Shown here: positions 1 to 13,480 of the stretch, in pieces
Position numbering within the stretch: position 1 is the first letter of the stretch
Layout: each line of letters opens with the position of its first letter
Origin: Octopus sinensis
Lineage: Eukaryota
Direction: 5' to 3'
NCBI RefSeq assembly: GCF_006345805.1
Contig: NC_043014.1
Span: 32,178,001-32,242,000 of the forward strand
DNA length: 64,000 bases
Translations under genes and position numbers: made by a program
The notes under the pieces: generated by a model
Told to the model about the DNA's origin: nothing
The model's input: only the letters and a program-made list of their open reading frames with translations
The model's database searches: none

Positions 1-85
1 GTAGCTACATTTTGTACCAGTATGGACCAGATTCATCCAGAGAATCATGAAGATGACCAAGATTCTTTTTTATATACAAACAGAT

Positions 86-477
86 GCAGGTATGGCTGTG
101 TGGTAAGAAGCTTGCTTCTTAACCACATGGTTCCAGGCTCAGTTCCACTGTGTGGCACCTTAAGCAAGTGTCTTCTACAATAGCCCTAGGCCAACCAAAA
201 CCTTGTGAGTAGATTTGGTAGATGGAAACTGAAAGAAGCCTGTTATATATGTGCATTTGTGCCTTCGTGTCTGAGTTTATTCCACACCACTGCTTGACAA
301 CCAGTGTTTGTGTGTTTACATCCCCAAAGCTTAGTGGCTCAGCCCAAGAGACCAACAGAATAAATACCTGGCTTAAGAAAAACAATAAGTACTGGGATCA
401 GTTCACTCATCTAAAAATTCTTCAAGGCAGTGCTCCAGTATGGCCACAGTCTTATGACTGAAACAACAGAAAGATAA
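86..477 (+). mobile_element. tRNA-derived SINE family A (CORE-SINE-like), full length
   Basis: Head gcagg.atggctgtgtggtaag, CORE-like ttaagcaagtgtcttctac, tail gtgctccagtatggccacagtc..atgactgaaac; recurs many times in the window. Confidence 0.8.
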
Positions 478-1149
478 TATAAGTTATGGTATGAGCTTTT
501 ATATATTAAATCAAATTCGAAGCTGTTACTCAATTTAATTTCAATGTTACTTAAAATATAAGCAAATAATTAAAACCCCGGCACATATTCCAACCCTACA
601 CAATTACTCCCCCACTGCATATATTTTGACCAAACTCTTGTTATGTACCATCTCAGATACTTTGGGACCAAGGGACATAATGCTAGATAAATCCCTTGCT
701 CATTCACCTCCTACAAGTTTGTCTCATCTGTTTTCATAGCACCTACAAACTGGACAAGATATTTTTCACCTCTAATAACAGTGAGCAGTCACCATAGTTT
801 GTCCATATCTATCATCTCTGAAGAGCATGTGGTATTACTTAACTATGCTGTTATCTAATATCTGGTTACTTAATACTCAATGCAATTGATAAGATCAGCT
901 GAAATGGATTTAAAATGTTGCACCCTTTGATTAATATATATATGTATACATGTATATGTATCTATCTATAACTCTAGGTATGTGTATGTGTGTGTGTTTA
1001 TGTATGTTCATGTGTATAGATATGCTTAATTACATATGTTTGTTTCTGCATCATCTCACACACATATACTCACACTGCATTCTATAACTATAGAGCAGTT
1101 TATATGATGTTTGTGTCCAAAGCGCAATGCTGCATAGTAGTGAAACAAT

Positions 1150-1552
1150 AACTTTAAATGCAGAGGTTGTGTAAATGCCGGAAAGTCATGAGCTGAGCAG
1201 TGTCCACCGGGTGTGTAATATTAGCATGCAAGAATGATGGACAAAAAATGAGATGACAGTAGAAGTGGATACAAGAGAAATCAGATGTAGAGCACAGGAG
1301 AGAAACCTCTGCTGGTGTGGGCAAGCAGTGTGCATGGTGGATGACAGTTTGGTAAAGATGTATCAAGCAGCTTAAGTGGAAGGAACCTGTAAAAGACAAA
1401 GATCAAGGGAGTGCTGAAGAGAAGTGTTGAAGAAACGATATCAAGAGGCTGGGCTTCACAAAAGAGGTACCGAGTGACTGTAGCAAGTGCCAAGATGCCG
1501 TGTGGTAAGAAGACTTGCTCAACCAATGCCAGCAGGGCTAAATAAAGGAGAA

Positions 1553-1591
<39 letters not shown>

Positions 1592-1615
1592 AATGATGAT
1601 GACAACGATGACAAT
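1150..1615 (+). mobile_element. Decayed RTE-clade LINE 3' end with (GAT)n tail
   Basis: Degenerate translation RNLCWCGQAVCMVDDS resembles the RTE RRLRWYGHVxRM motif; ends in (GAT)n. Confidence 0.6.
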
Positions 1616-2364
1616 GATAGTGGTGTTGATGCACACTCACACACACACATACAAACACATACACACGCATGCACGCACACACACACACCAGTATGCAACT
1701 GAAAGAATGAGTCTTCAACACCAGGAGTTGGATAAACTGCTCTTTTTAATAAAGTATTTGTTATTTTTCAGGAACTAAAGGTTTCCTGCTGACACTCCCA
1801 CAGGTGTTAATGTCAGAGTATCATATATACACACACACACATGCACATACACATTTATATTCATAAAGACATGTATACATCTATATACATATATATATAT
1901 ATTCTCTTCCTTTCTATTAAATATGCACAGATTATTCCCTTTCATGTAAATGCACTCACGTACATATACATATACACTCCTTCCCTCTCTGTCAAATACA
2001 CACTCACACACATGCATTTATATATTTCTCACACTCACCCTCTCTTTATCAAGCACATTCATGCATACAACAAACACCCTCATGCACATTCAGATATATT
2101 CTCTTCCTGTCCTTCTTTGTGAAACACAATCACACAAACACGCACATGCAGACAGACAGGTGCACACACACACACACATGCACACACACACAGGCATGCA
2201 TGTGAGCACACACACACTCATGAAGTGGTAAAATGAGAAAATTGTAAATGGTCTGCTACAGAATATTGAAATTACAATAAAATGTTTGTAGAGATGAGAT
2301 TAAGGGATGAATTTAATATATATTGAGTGGAATATTGAACAGTACAACACTGACATCAATATAT

Positions 2365-2675
<311 letters not shown>

Positions 2676-2785
2676 AGCACGATATCATCATCATGCCACT
2701 CTGCATTTCCCAGAAAGAAACTATTGTATGTTAGAGTACAAGTATGATTCAGACAGCAGTACAGTGTACCTGTCTGAATCATACA

Positions 2786-2995
2786 GAGGTACAATGTACC
2801 TGGTGCGGGTGGCACGTAAAAAGCACCCACTACACTCACGGAGTGGTTGGCGTTAGGAAGGGCATCCAGCCGTAGAAACACTGCCAGATTTGACTGGGCC
2901 TGATGAAGCCTTCTGGCTTCACAGACCCCAGTAGAACCGTCCAACCCATGCTAGCATGGAAAACGGACGCTAAATGATGATGATGATGATGATGA
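2786..2995 (+). mobile_element. SINE family B ((GAT)n-tailed)
   Basis: tggcacgtaaaaagcacccactacactcacggagtggttggcgttaggaagggcatccagc...ccaacccatgctagcatggaaa...gatgatgat; also at 7.5, 11.1, 30.8, 39.3 and 52.3 kb. Confidence 0.8.
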
Positions 2996-3384
2996 TATAT
3001 ATATGCATATATGGGTAAGGACGTCACCAACAATAAACAACATAAAATATGAAAACAAATGAGTTAAATACGCAAATAATGAAAGAAAAAAATGACAAGT
3101 AATACAAAGAATGACCCTTCATCAGTTGTCGGCTGTCTATCTACTCCCATATTTTGAGCAATCAATGACAATATGAGTCTTTGAGGACTGTTGCTTCCAT
3201 AAATACTAAAATAGAATTTTGGATTTATGGAGGGTCAAAGTTAGGAGCAAAAACAGGACAGTGAAGACATACAGGGAAACCGAACAAAAACAAGCATGGA
3301 GGGTCGTTAGAAGATAGTGAACAATGAGAAAAATATTTTACACAATATCACAGTTCCAAGGTTGATGCTTGTAGCAGGTCTTCA

Positions 3385-3760
3385 CAATTGCTCATCATCT
3401 TCCAGGGATATTCTTCAACTTCTGAAGCACCTATGCCACTTGAAACATTGCATATGATCCATTGCCTTATCATTGTAAGTTTGTTGAAGCATGCTCAATA
3501 TCTCTGGGGCAGACTTCCCAAGTTTACCGCAAAAGTTTACGTTGGGTCTTTGTTCCTCTCCATAACAAAAATCGCAGACTAAAGCATACACATAATTACA
3601 AAAACACAAATTTCACAACTTGCGAAGTAAACAAAGTGATGTCACTCATCACAGTGCCCCATGAAGGTCACTGCTAGCTCTTACTGTGCATGGAATCATG
3701 TGCTGCCATCTGTTGCTGTACTTGAGAACTAGTCCGAGAACTTTTTGATACCACAATGTA
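3385..3760 (-). mobile_element. Mariner 5' fragment (TIR plus transposase N-terminal HTH)
   Basis: ORF 3415-3609: EQRPNVNFCGKLGKSAPEILSMLQQTY..CFKW; TIR-like end ta-cattgtggtatcaaaaagttctcggact. Confidence 0.75.
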
Positions 3761-3981
3761 TATATATATGTGTATATATATATGTGTGTGTGTGTGTGTA
3801 TGTATGTGTGTATATACTTATATATATATATATAATATATATATAAATATATATATAAATATATAATTATAAACATAATTAGAATCAGGGGTCAGCTAAT
3901 TGCTTCACCACGCACCGAATTTAGAAATTGATTAATTAATTTTATTATTATTATTATTATTATTATTTATATATATATTCT

Positions 3982-4358
3982 TTCTTTTATTCTTTTACTT
4001 GTTTCAGTCATTTGACAGCATCCTTTAGTCAAATCAAATCAACCCCAGGACTTATTCTTTGTAAGCCTACTACTTATTCTATCAGTCTCTTTTGCCAAAC
4101 CGCTTAGTTACACACCAGCATCACCAGCATCGGTTGTCAAGCAATGTTGGGGAACAAACATATACACACACATACATACATATATACATATATACGATGG
4201 GCTTCTTTCAGTTTCCATCTACCAAATCCATTCCCAAGGGTTTGGTCAGCCTGAGGCTATAGTTGAAGACACTTGCCCAAGGTGCCACACAGTGGAACTG
4301 AACCCAGAACCATGTGGTTGATAAGCAAGCAACTTACAACACAGCAGCCGCTCCTGCA
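3982..4358 (-). mobile_element. SINE family A
   Basis: Reverse complement of family A head and tail. Confidence 0.8.
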
Positions 4359-4412
<54 letters not shown>

Positions 4413-4427
4413 TATATAAATATATAA

Positions 4428-4745
4428 GTGTAAATGTAATATGTGACAATTATTCATTTATTCGGTAGCCATGATAAAACTCCGAGTTTCGGATGCCAAG
4501 GTGGAAATCCATGCTGCCATCTCTTCAGTTATCCGGCCATGTATATATTTTGTTACATTATAACCCAAGGTCTTTATCTGCTTATTTGAATCATTGTCTC
4601 CATATCTGATCACTTGGATTCCCTTTATAGCTACTCTTTACCCTGATGACTCGGTCCTTGGTGAAGATGTCAGGACGTGACTTCAACTCATTTGAGTGCT
4701 AGTAAGTGTTTTCTGAAATTCTCTCAATCTCATCTGTTGATTCTA
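4428..4745 (-). mobile_element. Penelope-like (PLE)-type terminal fragment carrying an HHR, between (TA)n tracts
   Basis: Same sequence family as the 39.5-kb palindrome arms; (TA)n on both sides; PLE assignment inferred from the HHR. Confidence 0.55.
4473..4533 (-). ncRNA. Minimal type-I hammerhead ribozyme, core intact
   Basis: Minus strand: gataa CTGAAGA gatg..catc(c) GAAA c-tcgga-g TT ttatc; stem I gataa/ttatc, GUU cleavage triplet. Confidence 0.7.
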
Positions 4746-4771
4746 AATATATATATGTATATAGGTGTATG

Positions 4772-4811
<40 letters not shown>

Positions 4812-5137
4812 AGAGTATTGTAGTTCATTTGAAGCATTGTGTATTGTTTGTAAAGAATGAAAACTTTTGAATGGTATAACAATGCACTATAATACAGTAT
4901 ATATACATTTGTTTATCCATACTACCATGGAGTTGGATGCAACGTTATTTAAGGCAGGTTTTTACAGCTGGTTGCTCTCTTCATGTTACCAGAACAACTA
5001 GTCATGATGTCATGAAGGAATGTCAACATACTCACAGCTTCAAATGGTTACAACTGAAGAATATGAATATTACTGCACACCTACATACACTGATACATAC
5101 ATGCATACATACATTCATACATGCATGCATGCATACA

Positions 5138-5168
<31 letters not shown>

Positions 5169-5394
5169 GTACATGTGTGTGTGTGTGTATGCACGCACAT
5201 ATGCATACATTCATATATATATATATATATATATTAATAAATGTGATAATGGATGTACATCAACAACCAAATATTTGTGCAATAACAGTTAAGTTTTATA
5301 AGAGGAAAAATCTGATTGTTAATGGATGAGCTATATTAGTATTTTTCTGTTTTCTAGTGATAATACTTTTATTAAATGGTTTTACTTGGGATAG

Positions 5395-5765
5395 ATTTTG
5401 GTTTTTGAGGAGAATATTGAGAATAACATGGACAAAGTGTCTAATGGAGAAGTGAAGACCTGAGTGGTAGTAAATACGAAACTGCTTCATGAGACAAGGG
5501 CCAAACAACTGAGATTTCTTGGTCATTTAATGAGGACAAAGGTCCTGGAGAATTTGGCAAATAATTGGTAAGATTGAAGGGTAAGGAAATTGGTAAGATT
5601 GAAGGGTAAGGAAAAGGATGATATAGGTGTCAAGCTTGACAAACTGGTTGGAAGGAAAAGTCATTAAACATCAGGAAGTGGAACTGTTATAGAAGACAAA
5701 GAACAAGAATTGTGACTGGGTATGATGACCTATGACCTACATTCTGGACATGGCACCTAAAAAGA
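5395..5765 (+). mobile_element. Decayed RTE-like LINE 3' fragment
   Basis: WFLRRILRITW...QLRFLGHLMR..LENL...GKIEGK. Confidence 0.6.
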
Positions 5766-6651
5766 AAAAAAAGATTTTGGAATGAAATCAACATGTGTTG
5801 GATTTTTTTGTGTTCCTTTTTTTTTTTTACCCAATTCATCTTTTTTTTACCTAATTCACCTGGGGTTTTTTATGTTATTTTGTTTCCCATCATGTCTGTA
5901 TGACTTCATAGCCAAATCGTTGTTAGTTAATTATGTTCATATAATTTCTTTATTTTAACAGTATACCTTCAAGATTTTAACACCTCTTATTTTGGATGAT
6001 GAGCTTCTAAATTAGATAAATTATCAGTAAATAGAAAGAAAATCACATTTTGCTATGATATTTTCAGCAGAATCTAATCATGCAATTATTCCCTGTCAGT
6101 CTGCATCACACTGTAAAATCCCAAGAGGTAATATTTATTCTCACTTAAATGTGGGTGATCTGTTAGAACAAACTATACTGCATAAGTTATCATGAGAGAA
6201 ACTCTCATGTTGGCTTTTGGTGCAAAATGCATTCTTATTTATATTGCTAGTGGGAAGATAAATCAAGCGTTCATCATTGATAAGGCCAAGGATGGTCAAA
6301 ATCACATGATCTGGTGATCTCAGTACTGGAGGTGGTGTGGATTTATCTCCTCACAAATGGTTTAATGAGAGTGCAGTTTGCACCAAAGGCCAATATGAGA
6401 TTTTTTGCTCATGGTAACTACTGCAGAACATCCAGATTTTAGTTAGGATAGATATTACCTCTCCATATTAATACTGTCTCTGTAGCTAATATACACCATA
6501 AGATCCATGATGCACATATAAGCCATTTTTTAAAATATCTTGATAATTTCAAGTAGCTCCACACCTGACTCCTTTTAGGTGCATGGCTCTCTGAAGATGC
6601 ATAACTCAGTGAAAGCACATTGCTCAGTGAAGATACATGGGTCAGTGAAGG

Positions 6652-6990
6652 CATATGGCTCAGTGGTTTGAGTGTTAGACTCACAATCATGAGGCAGTGA
6701 GTCCAGTCCCTGGACCAGGCTGTGTGTTGTGTTTTTGAGCAAAACAGTATATTTTATATTACTCCAGTTTACTGATCTGTAGAAACGAGTTGCGACATCA
6801 CTGGTGCCAAGCTGTATTGGTCTTTGCTTTTCCCTTGGATAACATCAGTGGTGTGGAGAGGGGAAGCTGGTATGCATGGGAGACTGCTGGTCTTCCATAA
6901 ACAACCTTGCCTGGACTTGTGCCTTGGAGGGTAACCTTTGTAGGTTCAGTCCCATAGTCATTCATGACCGAAGGGGGTCTATACTTTTTA
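6652..6990 (+). mobile_element. tRNA-derived SINE family C
   Basis: Head ggctcagtggtt.gagtgttagactcacaatcatgagg; near copy at 34257-34582. Confidence 0.8.
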
Positions 6991-7062
6991 CCCTTTAATC
7001 CTGTTGATACCAACATGACTGAAAGCGCTTCTGGCTTTGTATTAGAAATGTCTTGTTTTCAT

Positions 7063-7219
7063 AAGTTTCCTATTTCCATCTACCAAATTCATTCACAAGG
7101 CATTGGTTGACCCTAGGTTATTGTAGAGGATGTTTGCCCAAGGTGCTGCAGAATAAGACTGAACCCCAAACTACATGGTTGCAAAGCAAACTTCTTAACC
7201 ACTCAGCCATGCTTGCACC
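7063..7219 (-). mobile_element. SINE family A, head half
   Basis: Reverse complement of the family A head. Confidence 0.65.
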
Positions 7220-7315
7220 AATGTTTACTTATTTTATCATAATTGATAAAGCCATACACAGCTTATTTTTATTACTAATAATATTGGATGAAATTGAAAT
7301 CAAATTCAATTACTG

Positions 7316-7741
7316 GCATCTTTGCTAGTGCAGCGCTAAGAGCACCATCCAAGCAGGATCGTTGCCAGAGCAGCTAATTGGCACATAAAAAACACCATTC
7401 GAGCGTGATCATTACCAGCATTGCCTTACTGGCACATGAAAAAGCATTTGAGTGAGGTTGTTGCCAGTGCTGCTGGATTGGCTCCTGTGCAAGTGACACA
7501 TAAAAAACACCATTTGGGCGTGGCCATTGCCAGTACTGTCTGACTGGCCCTTGTGCCGGTGGCACGTAAAAGTACCCACTACACTCACGGAGTGGTTGGC
7601 GTTAGGAAGGGCATCCAGCTGTAGAAACTCTGCCAGATCCGATTGGAACCTGGTGCAGCCATCTGGTTCGCCAGTCCTCAGTCAAATCGTCCAACCCATG
7701 CTAGCATGGAAAGTGGACGTTAAACGATGATGATGATGATG
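7316..7741 (+). mobile_element. SINE family B, long form
   Basis: Family B body and tail plus upstream internal repeats (aaaaacaccattcgagcgtg). Confidence 0.8.
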
Positions 7742-8924
7742 AATATTGGATGAAATATATAGATTGAAATCAACAGAAAATCCTGATATTTAGTTAATTT
7801 CATTTAAAGAAGTAAAACAAATCCTTTGCAATGAACAAAAATAAAATGGAAACAAACTGGAAAACCCCATGGAAGACCTTGGAGAATATACATAATTTGA
7901 TTTTTATTCATTGTAAATTAATCTTGTATTAAGAGGAATGAGATAACTAGCAACTCAATTAGATGATTGGAAATTTTATATTGCAGTAATTTTAAAATTA
8001 GAATGTCATATATTATGTTATTAAAGACTCTCCTTTTATCTAAAGAGATCAAACTGGTTGAGTCTCTTTTTTTTCCATTTTAATGAATAATGATTTTTTT
8101 TTTTATGTATACATTTTTTAGCATTTTTATTAATTCAAAACCTGAACTGAGATTTGGGAAAAATATTCTTTGTTCTACCATTGTAAGGTAATCTATTATC
8201 ATAACGATTTTCAAATTTTTTAGTTACATTAATTTTTGATCTACAGGTCAATGTAATCTGGTCAAATGGTAATTAGCTTTATTTGGTTTTGGTTGTTATT
8301 AAGATATGAAATTTCCATATATTTGGTTGTTTTTTTTTTTTTCGAAATTTAATTGTATTATAATAAAAAAAATGGAATGTGTATATTTTATGCATTTTCT
8401 TCCTTATTCCTTAATTTCAAATTCACACTTCTAATCCCACCAAATATTATGAAGAAAGGATTATCACCCTTGTATTAACTGTCCATCAGGGGCCACCACC
8501 AATCCAGTACTACTTCTTGTATTAAACTCTGTTTTAGTTATGGTTAAATTTGGTATTTTATCGGGACCTGTATTAGAAATGTTCTTTCAACTTTTTGTTT
8601 TTTTTTATAACTGCAATTTTTTTCCTGTTCATAAAAATTACCAAAATATATTCAGTGGTATCTGTGATTGAATTATTATGGTGATTGTATGTAAAAGGCA
8701 TGTTATCAGTTTTTTACAATTTTGATTAAATTATTAGATTATATATTTTCCATATAACACTGAGAGATCCTAATTGTCTTTTCTATAACAAAAATTATTT
8801 TAGCTTGCTTTATCTACCATAATTTTTCTCTTTTAATCCATCACACATTTCATGATTAGTATCTGTTGGATGGTATTTCTGTTTTGTTTTTTTATTAATT
8901 AATGAATCCTCTTATGTCTTAATT

Positions 8925-9075
8925 TCATTCAGTTCTGGCTTCAGGAGGTTGACTTTGCATTTCATCCTTTTGAGGCCAATTAAATAAAAGTACCAGTCAA
9001 GCATTGGTATCAGAGTAGTCAACTAGACCCCCTCCTTCAAAATTCCAGGCCTCGTGGCTACAGTAGAAAGGATTA
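8925..9075 (+). mobile_element. SINE family D, partial
   Basis: gttgactttgcatttcatcctttt...aagtaccag central domain. Confidence 0.6.
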
Positions 9076-9112
9076 TTATAATTACTACTACTACTACTAC
9101 TACTACTACTAC

Positions 9113-9437
9113 AGCTGGGCATGCTATATCTATGATCCAGCATCATTTGCTTTCTTTCTCAATTAAGACATCTGGTTTCTTATTCTCTATGTCATGGCTG
9201 CACTGAATCATAAAGTCCCATAGGATCTTTGCATTATCATTTTCGATGATGCCTTCAGGTTTATGTTCATACCACTTTTTGCTCTGTCAAGTCCATACTT
9301 GTTGCAAAGTGCCCAATGGACAATCCTTGCTATATTGTCATAGCATCTCTTATATTTTTTCTGGGCTAGTAGCCCACATTGACTGGTAATATGCCAGATG
9401 GTTTCAACATTATGTCCACAAATTTTAGACTTATCAC

Positions 9438-9440
<3 letters not shown>
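9113..9440 (-). mobile_element. R4/Dong LINE internal fragment (zinc knuckle to REL region)
   Basis: Homologous to 14905-15235; flanked by (TAC)n and (TTA)n. Confidence 0.75.
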
Positions 9441-9478
<38 letters not shown>

Positions 9479-9489
9479 TATTATTATTA

Positions 9490-9665
9490 TTATTATCATT
9501 ATTATTCAGTAGTTTTATCTTTATAGCGTGCTTTCACTTCACTACTGAGCGCAGCTCTGTGTGCCTTGGGTATGTGCTGTGGTTTGCTGTGATGCTCTTA
9601 TGGTTACTGTATGGAAAGTAGGATGTGTGCAGTGCCCAGTAGTGCAATTTTCTGTATGTTATATA
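9490..9665 (-). mobile_element. R4/Dong LINE 3' end, second subfamily
   Basis: NIYNIQKIALLGTAHIL terminal motif, 3' UTR, then (TAA)n. Confidence 0.65.
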
Positions 9666-9710
9666 TTTATTATCATTATTATTATTATTATTATTCTAAT
9701 TATTATTCTA

Positions 9711-9742
<32 letters not shown>

Positions 9743-9894
9743 GTCATGGTTAGCTTTGCCTGTCATCCTTTTGGGGTCAATAGAAGTATCAACCTAGTAG
9801 TGGGGTCAATGTAATTGACTTTCTCCTCTTCTCAAAACACTACTGGCCCTGTGCCAAAACATTTTAAGCCATTGTTATTATCAATATTATTATT

Positions 9895-10545
9895 AGTATC
9901 TCTTTATCACAGGTTTTGTTGGAGCTCCTGGAGTCTTGCAAGCATACGGTACCATGCAGTCTACGGTACCATGTTATTCACTTTTTTTCAGCTATCTAAT
10001 ACTTTCCTTTTTATCTTAGCCATGCCAAGGAGGAAAACCTTTTGTAACAGTTCTACTGGGCATTCTATTCCAGTTTCCTTTATATTCCTCTTGATGCCTC
10101 TGCTACTGATCCCAAGGACCCAACAATAATTGGCACTATCATTACCGTCTTCATTTTCCATAGCCGGGCTATTTCATACTTAAGAGGGTTGTATCTATCT
10201 ATCTTTTCACCTTCCTTCTTAACTAGTCATGAGTCAAAGTGGCATGCAATGTCAACTACATAGCATATATGGTGCACCTTATCTACCACCACTAGATCCA
10301 GTCTGTTATGCTCTAGCACCTGATTTGTTTAAATTGGGAAATCCCAGAGGATTTTGTTAGTCTCTGACTCTGCCAATCTCTGTGGTATGAGCACAAACCA
10401 CATCTTGCCTATCTCTAGCTCCCCACTTTTTACACAGTTTCCAATGGAGTACTTTTGCTACTTGGTCATGTTAGCATACCTTGTAGTGGTTTTGGGCAAG
10501 TCTAGGGCAATCGTTCATGATATGGGCAATGGTTTCCTCCACTTA
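9895..10545 (-). mobile_element. R4/Dong LINE 3' fragment, third subfamily
   Basis: EETIAHIMNDCPRLAQ..HDQVAKVLHWKLC..KILWDFPI..HNRLDLVVVDK..VPIIVGSLG (CCHC plus REL endonuclease), with stops. Confidence 0.7.
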
Positions 10546-10559
10546 TTATTATTGTTGCT

Positions 10560-10590
<31 letters not shown>

Positions 10591-10605
10591 CTGTTATCAT
10601 TATTA

Positions 10606-10644
<39 letters not shown>

Positions 10645-10849
10645 TATTATTATTATTATTATTATTATAATTATAATTATTATTATGACTGAAATTAGAA
10701 ATAAAGTTTTAGTTTTCATAAATAGATTTGAAGTTATTCGATAAATATTTGTAGACGTCTTTTTTATTTCTTTGACTAAGTAACATTAAATTTGTTTTGT
10801 GATGACTTTATAATAAAATTGTTTATTGTTTCATTTCTTTGATTTCGAA

Positions 10850-11258
10850 TCGTCATGATCATCATCATGATCATCATCATTATCATTATTTAATGACCAA
10901 TCTCCATGCTGGCCTAGCAAGTGTTGGAAGGTTTGACAGGAGCTGGCTAGCCAGAGAGCTCTCCAGGTACCAGTTCGATGTTTAGCATGGTTTTTATGGC
11001 TGGATACCCTTCCTAACACTGACTACATCAAAGAGAATGCTGGGTGCTTTCAACATGCTACCAGCATGGGAATGGTTATTCTTAATTCTTTTTTTTTTTT
11101 TTTTTTTTTGGTGGGAGGTCATTAGAAAACATATCCAGCTGTAGAAACCACACCAAATCAGACAATAGAGCTTGGCATAGTCCCCAGACTTACTGGCTCT
11201 TATCAAACCATCCAACAAATGCCAGCATGGAAAATGGATGTTAAATGATAATGATGAG
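10850..11258. mobile_element. Two divergently oriented SINE family B copies
   Basis: Minus copy about 10850-11000, plus copy about 11035-11258. Confidence 0.6.
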
Positions 11259-11798
11259 GAAGATTTTTATTGGCTGAAGAAATTATAATATCCGAAGTAT
11301 TCATGGCTGGCTGCCTGATCCAAACATAGATCCATTTTAAAATCTAATTTCCAATGGTCTCTTAAAAGAACTATCTATAATGAAGACCATAAATGGTCTG
11401 CTATTGGGTCTTTTATTAAAATGTCTGTACATTGGGGATTTGGTACTTCATGGAAATTGAAATTTTGCTGATGGCATCGAAAAGATATTCTCCTATTTTT
11501 ATGCTGTTTTTTTTTTGCTTTATTTTTTATTTTGAAATCAGTTTTGCTAATTTTCTAAAATGGATGATGTGCAATAAAATTGTATTTTAGGAATTTGATT
11601 TCTTTAAAAGAATTTTATATTTTTATTGTCATCTTTAAATTTTTTTCCTTCTTTGTTTTTTGAAGGAAGAAGTGATATAAATATTTATTAAATAAGAAAT
11701 AGATTTATAATGTGTGTGTGTGTGAATACATATACATATATATGTATGTATAATATATATATATATATATATAGATAGATACATGCATATATGCATAC

Positions 11799-11857
<59 letters not shown>

Positions 11858-11904
11858 TACATAGATACATATACATAGATACATATAGACACATGTATAT
11901 ATAG

Positions 11905-11936
<32 letters not shown>

Positions 11937-11984
11937 GTACATATGTATGTATGTATGTATGTATAATATAGTATATGAATATAC

Positions 11985-13480
11985 AACATGTAACAGGTAA
12001 ATTGGGACCATTTAAATATCTTTAAACTGTTATAACTTAGAAAAAAATCAAATATGGCAAATTTTATGTTTATGCCAATTTATTGTGGAGTGTTTAGCAC
12101 TTATCTCAGTTCAATTTGACCACCATTTGCTGTCTTTACTAGTTCAATCCATTTATGAAATGATGTGCATGCCTTAGCTATTTCTTCTTTTTCCATTTTA
12201 CTGAATGCTCAATTGATTGAAGCCTTCAGTAAAGACACTCAGTTGAGAGAACTTGCATTAGATATTGCTTCATCTGTGCCCCATAGACAAAAATCACAGA
12301 GTTTCAAATCTGGTGAGTTAAAGGACCAGATATTTTTGAGACAAACATGAGAAATGCCTTCTTCAAAAGTTCTTGAACTCTTTTCGACTTGCATCATAAT
12401 GCTTCCTAATCTAAGGCAACAAAACTTCTAAGATTTTGAAATACTTTGCTGTGTTGAATTTAAGATCCACTTCAATAAAATGAGAAGGCATCAATTTCCC
12501 ATCACTTGCAACGGCTCCAAAGACCATATTGGAAGCCAGATTCTTGCTATGCATAGCTAAAAGAACTTGAGAAAGGTCATTTGTTATCTCTTAGTCTATC
12601 ATGAACTTTTTCATCCATGAAGATCCAGATGTCTCCATCACAATGTTTCAGGTGATTAAGAAGTTTGGAATTTCTTTCAGCTTGAATGGATTGGAAGTGG
12701 GTAGTTAGAATGTTATGGAGTTTTCTCAAGTACGATTTCATTTGGCGGTCTTGCCTCACAGCCCTAGAAATGGTCATTTTACTGATTCCTCGATCTTGAT
12801 CCTACTTTGCCATCAGTTTTGCCGGGTTCAACTCAATCAATTTTTTAAGCCCTGCTAAGAAGTGAGGTCACTGAGAGGACTGTGACACTTTCTCTGAACA
12901 TCCTAAAATCAGTAGATTTGGCATAGAGAATAAGATTGAAGCTATCAACACCTGAGCGGATTCACTTCTTTGATATGGAGCAGGAGTAATCACATGGACA
13001 GTAGATGAACTAAACAGCTTAGACAGAAAGACAAGAAAGTTACTGACTAGATATGGGATACTCCACCCAAAAAGTGACACAGACAGATTGTATGTACCAA
13101 GAAAAAGAGGGGGAAGAGGACTTATTGGATGTGAACACAGCATTAGAGCAGAAGAAAACAACATAGCATGGTATGTAAAAAATGCCACAGAACTGCTATT
13201 ATTAGAAGTAAGAACATCAGGCTTGTGTAGGATGTAAGATTGCAAAGATAAAGCACTATACAAAAAACTGAAAACGAATGAAACTGAAAATGGGTGGGCT
13301 ACAACTCTAAAATCAGTAGATTTGGCATACTCTGTGGCTCTAACAATTTCCCCAGTACTTTTGCCGGTGCAGAATAATTCAGCAATTACACTTCTGCAGT
13401 TTAATTCTTTATTAACGTTCATAATTTGGTCAATCACAAATAAAAAATAGTGCAAGTGATTATTCAAGCTGCTAATATTT
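11985..13480 (-). pseudogene. Tc1/mariner (maT-like) transposase relic, interrupted at 12930-13298
   Basis: AELFCTGKSTGEIVRATEYAKST (HTH); FLAGLKK; KLLNHLKH..IWIFMDEK; VASDGKLMP; SPDLKLCDFCLWG..KACTSF. Confidence 0.75.
12930..13298 (+). mobile_element. 369-bp internal R4/Dong fragment inside the transposase
   Basis: About 10 differences from the inverted copy at 15411-15779; 23-bp host duplication at 12903-12925 and 13307-13329. Confidence 0.85.

Noticed and set aside
86-160. tRNA genes at SINE heads
   Set aside because: A/B-box-like heads continue into SINE bodies and do not complete a cloverleaf
2900-2925. CTGATGA plus agcc/ggct hairpin as an HHR
   Set aside because: No GAAA or stem I; other SINE B copies read ctggtgca here, so it is a chance mutation
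3010-3360. Minus-strand CTGATGA (3119-3125) in a repeat-like insert as an HHR
   Set aside because: No matching GAAA/UH/stem I found; may be a truncated PLE end but unsupported
11279-11340. Peptide RNYNIRSIHGWLPDP resembling the MINDY HGWLxDP motif
   Set aside because: Bounded by stops with no usable splice sites; too short to support
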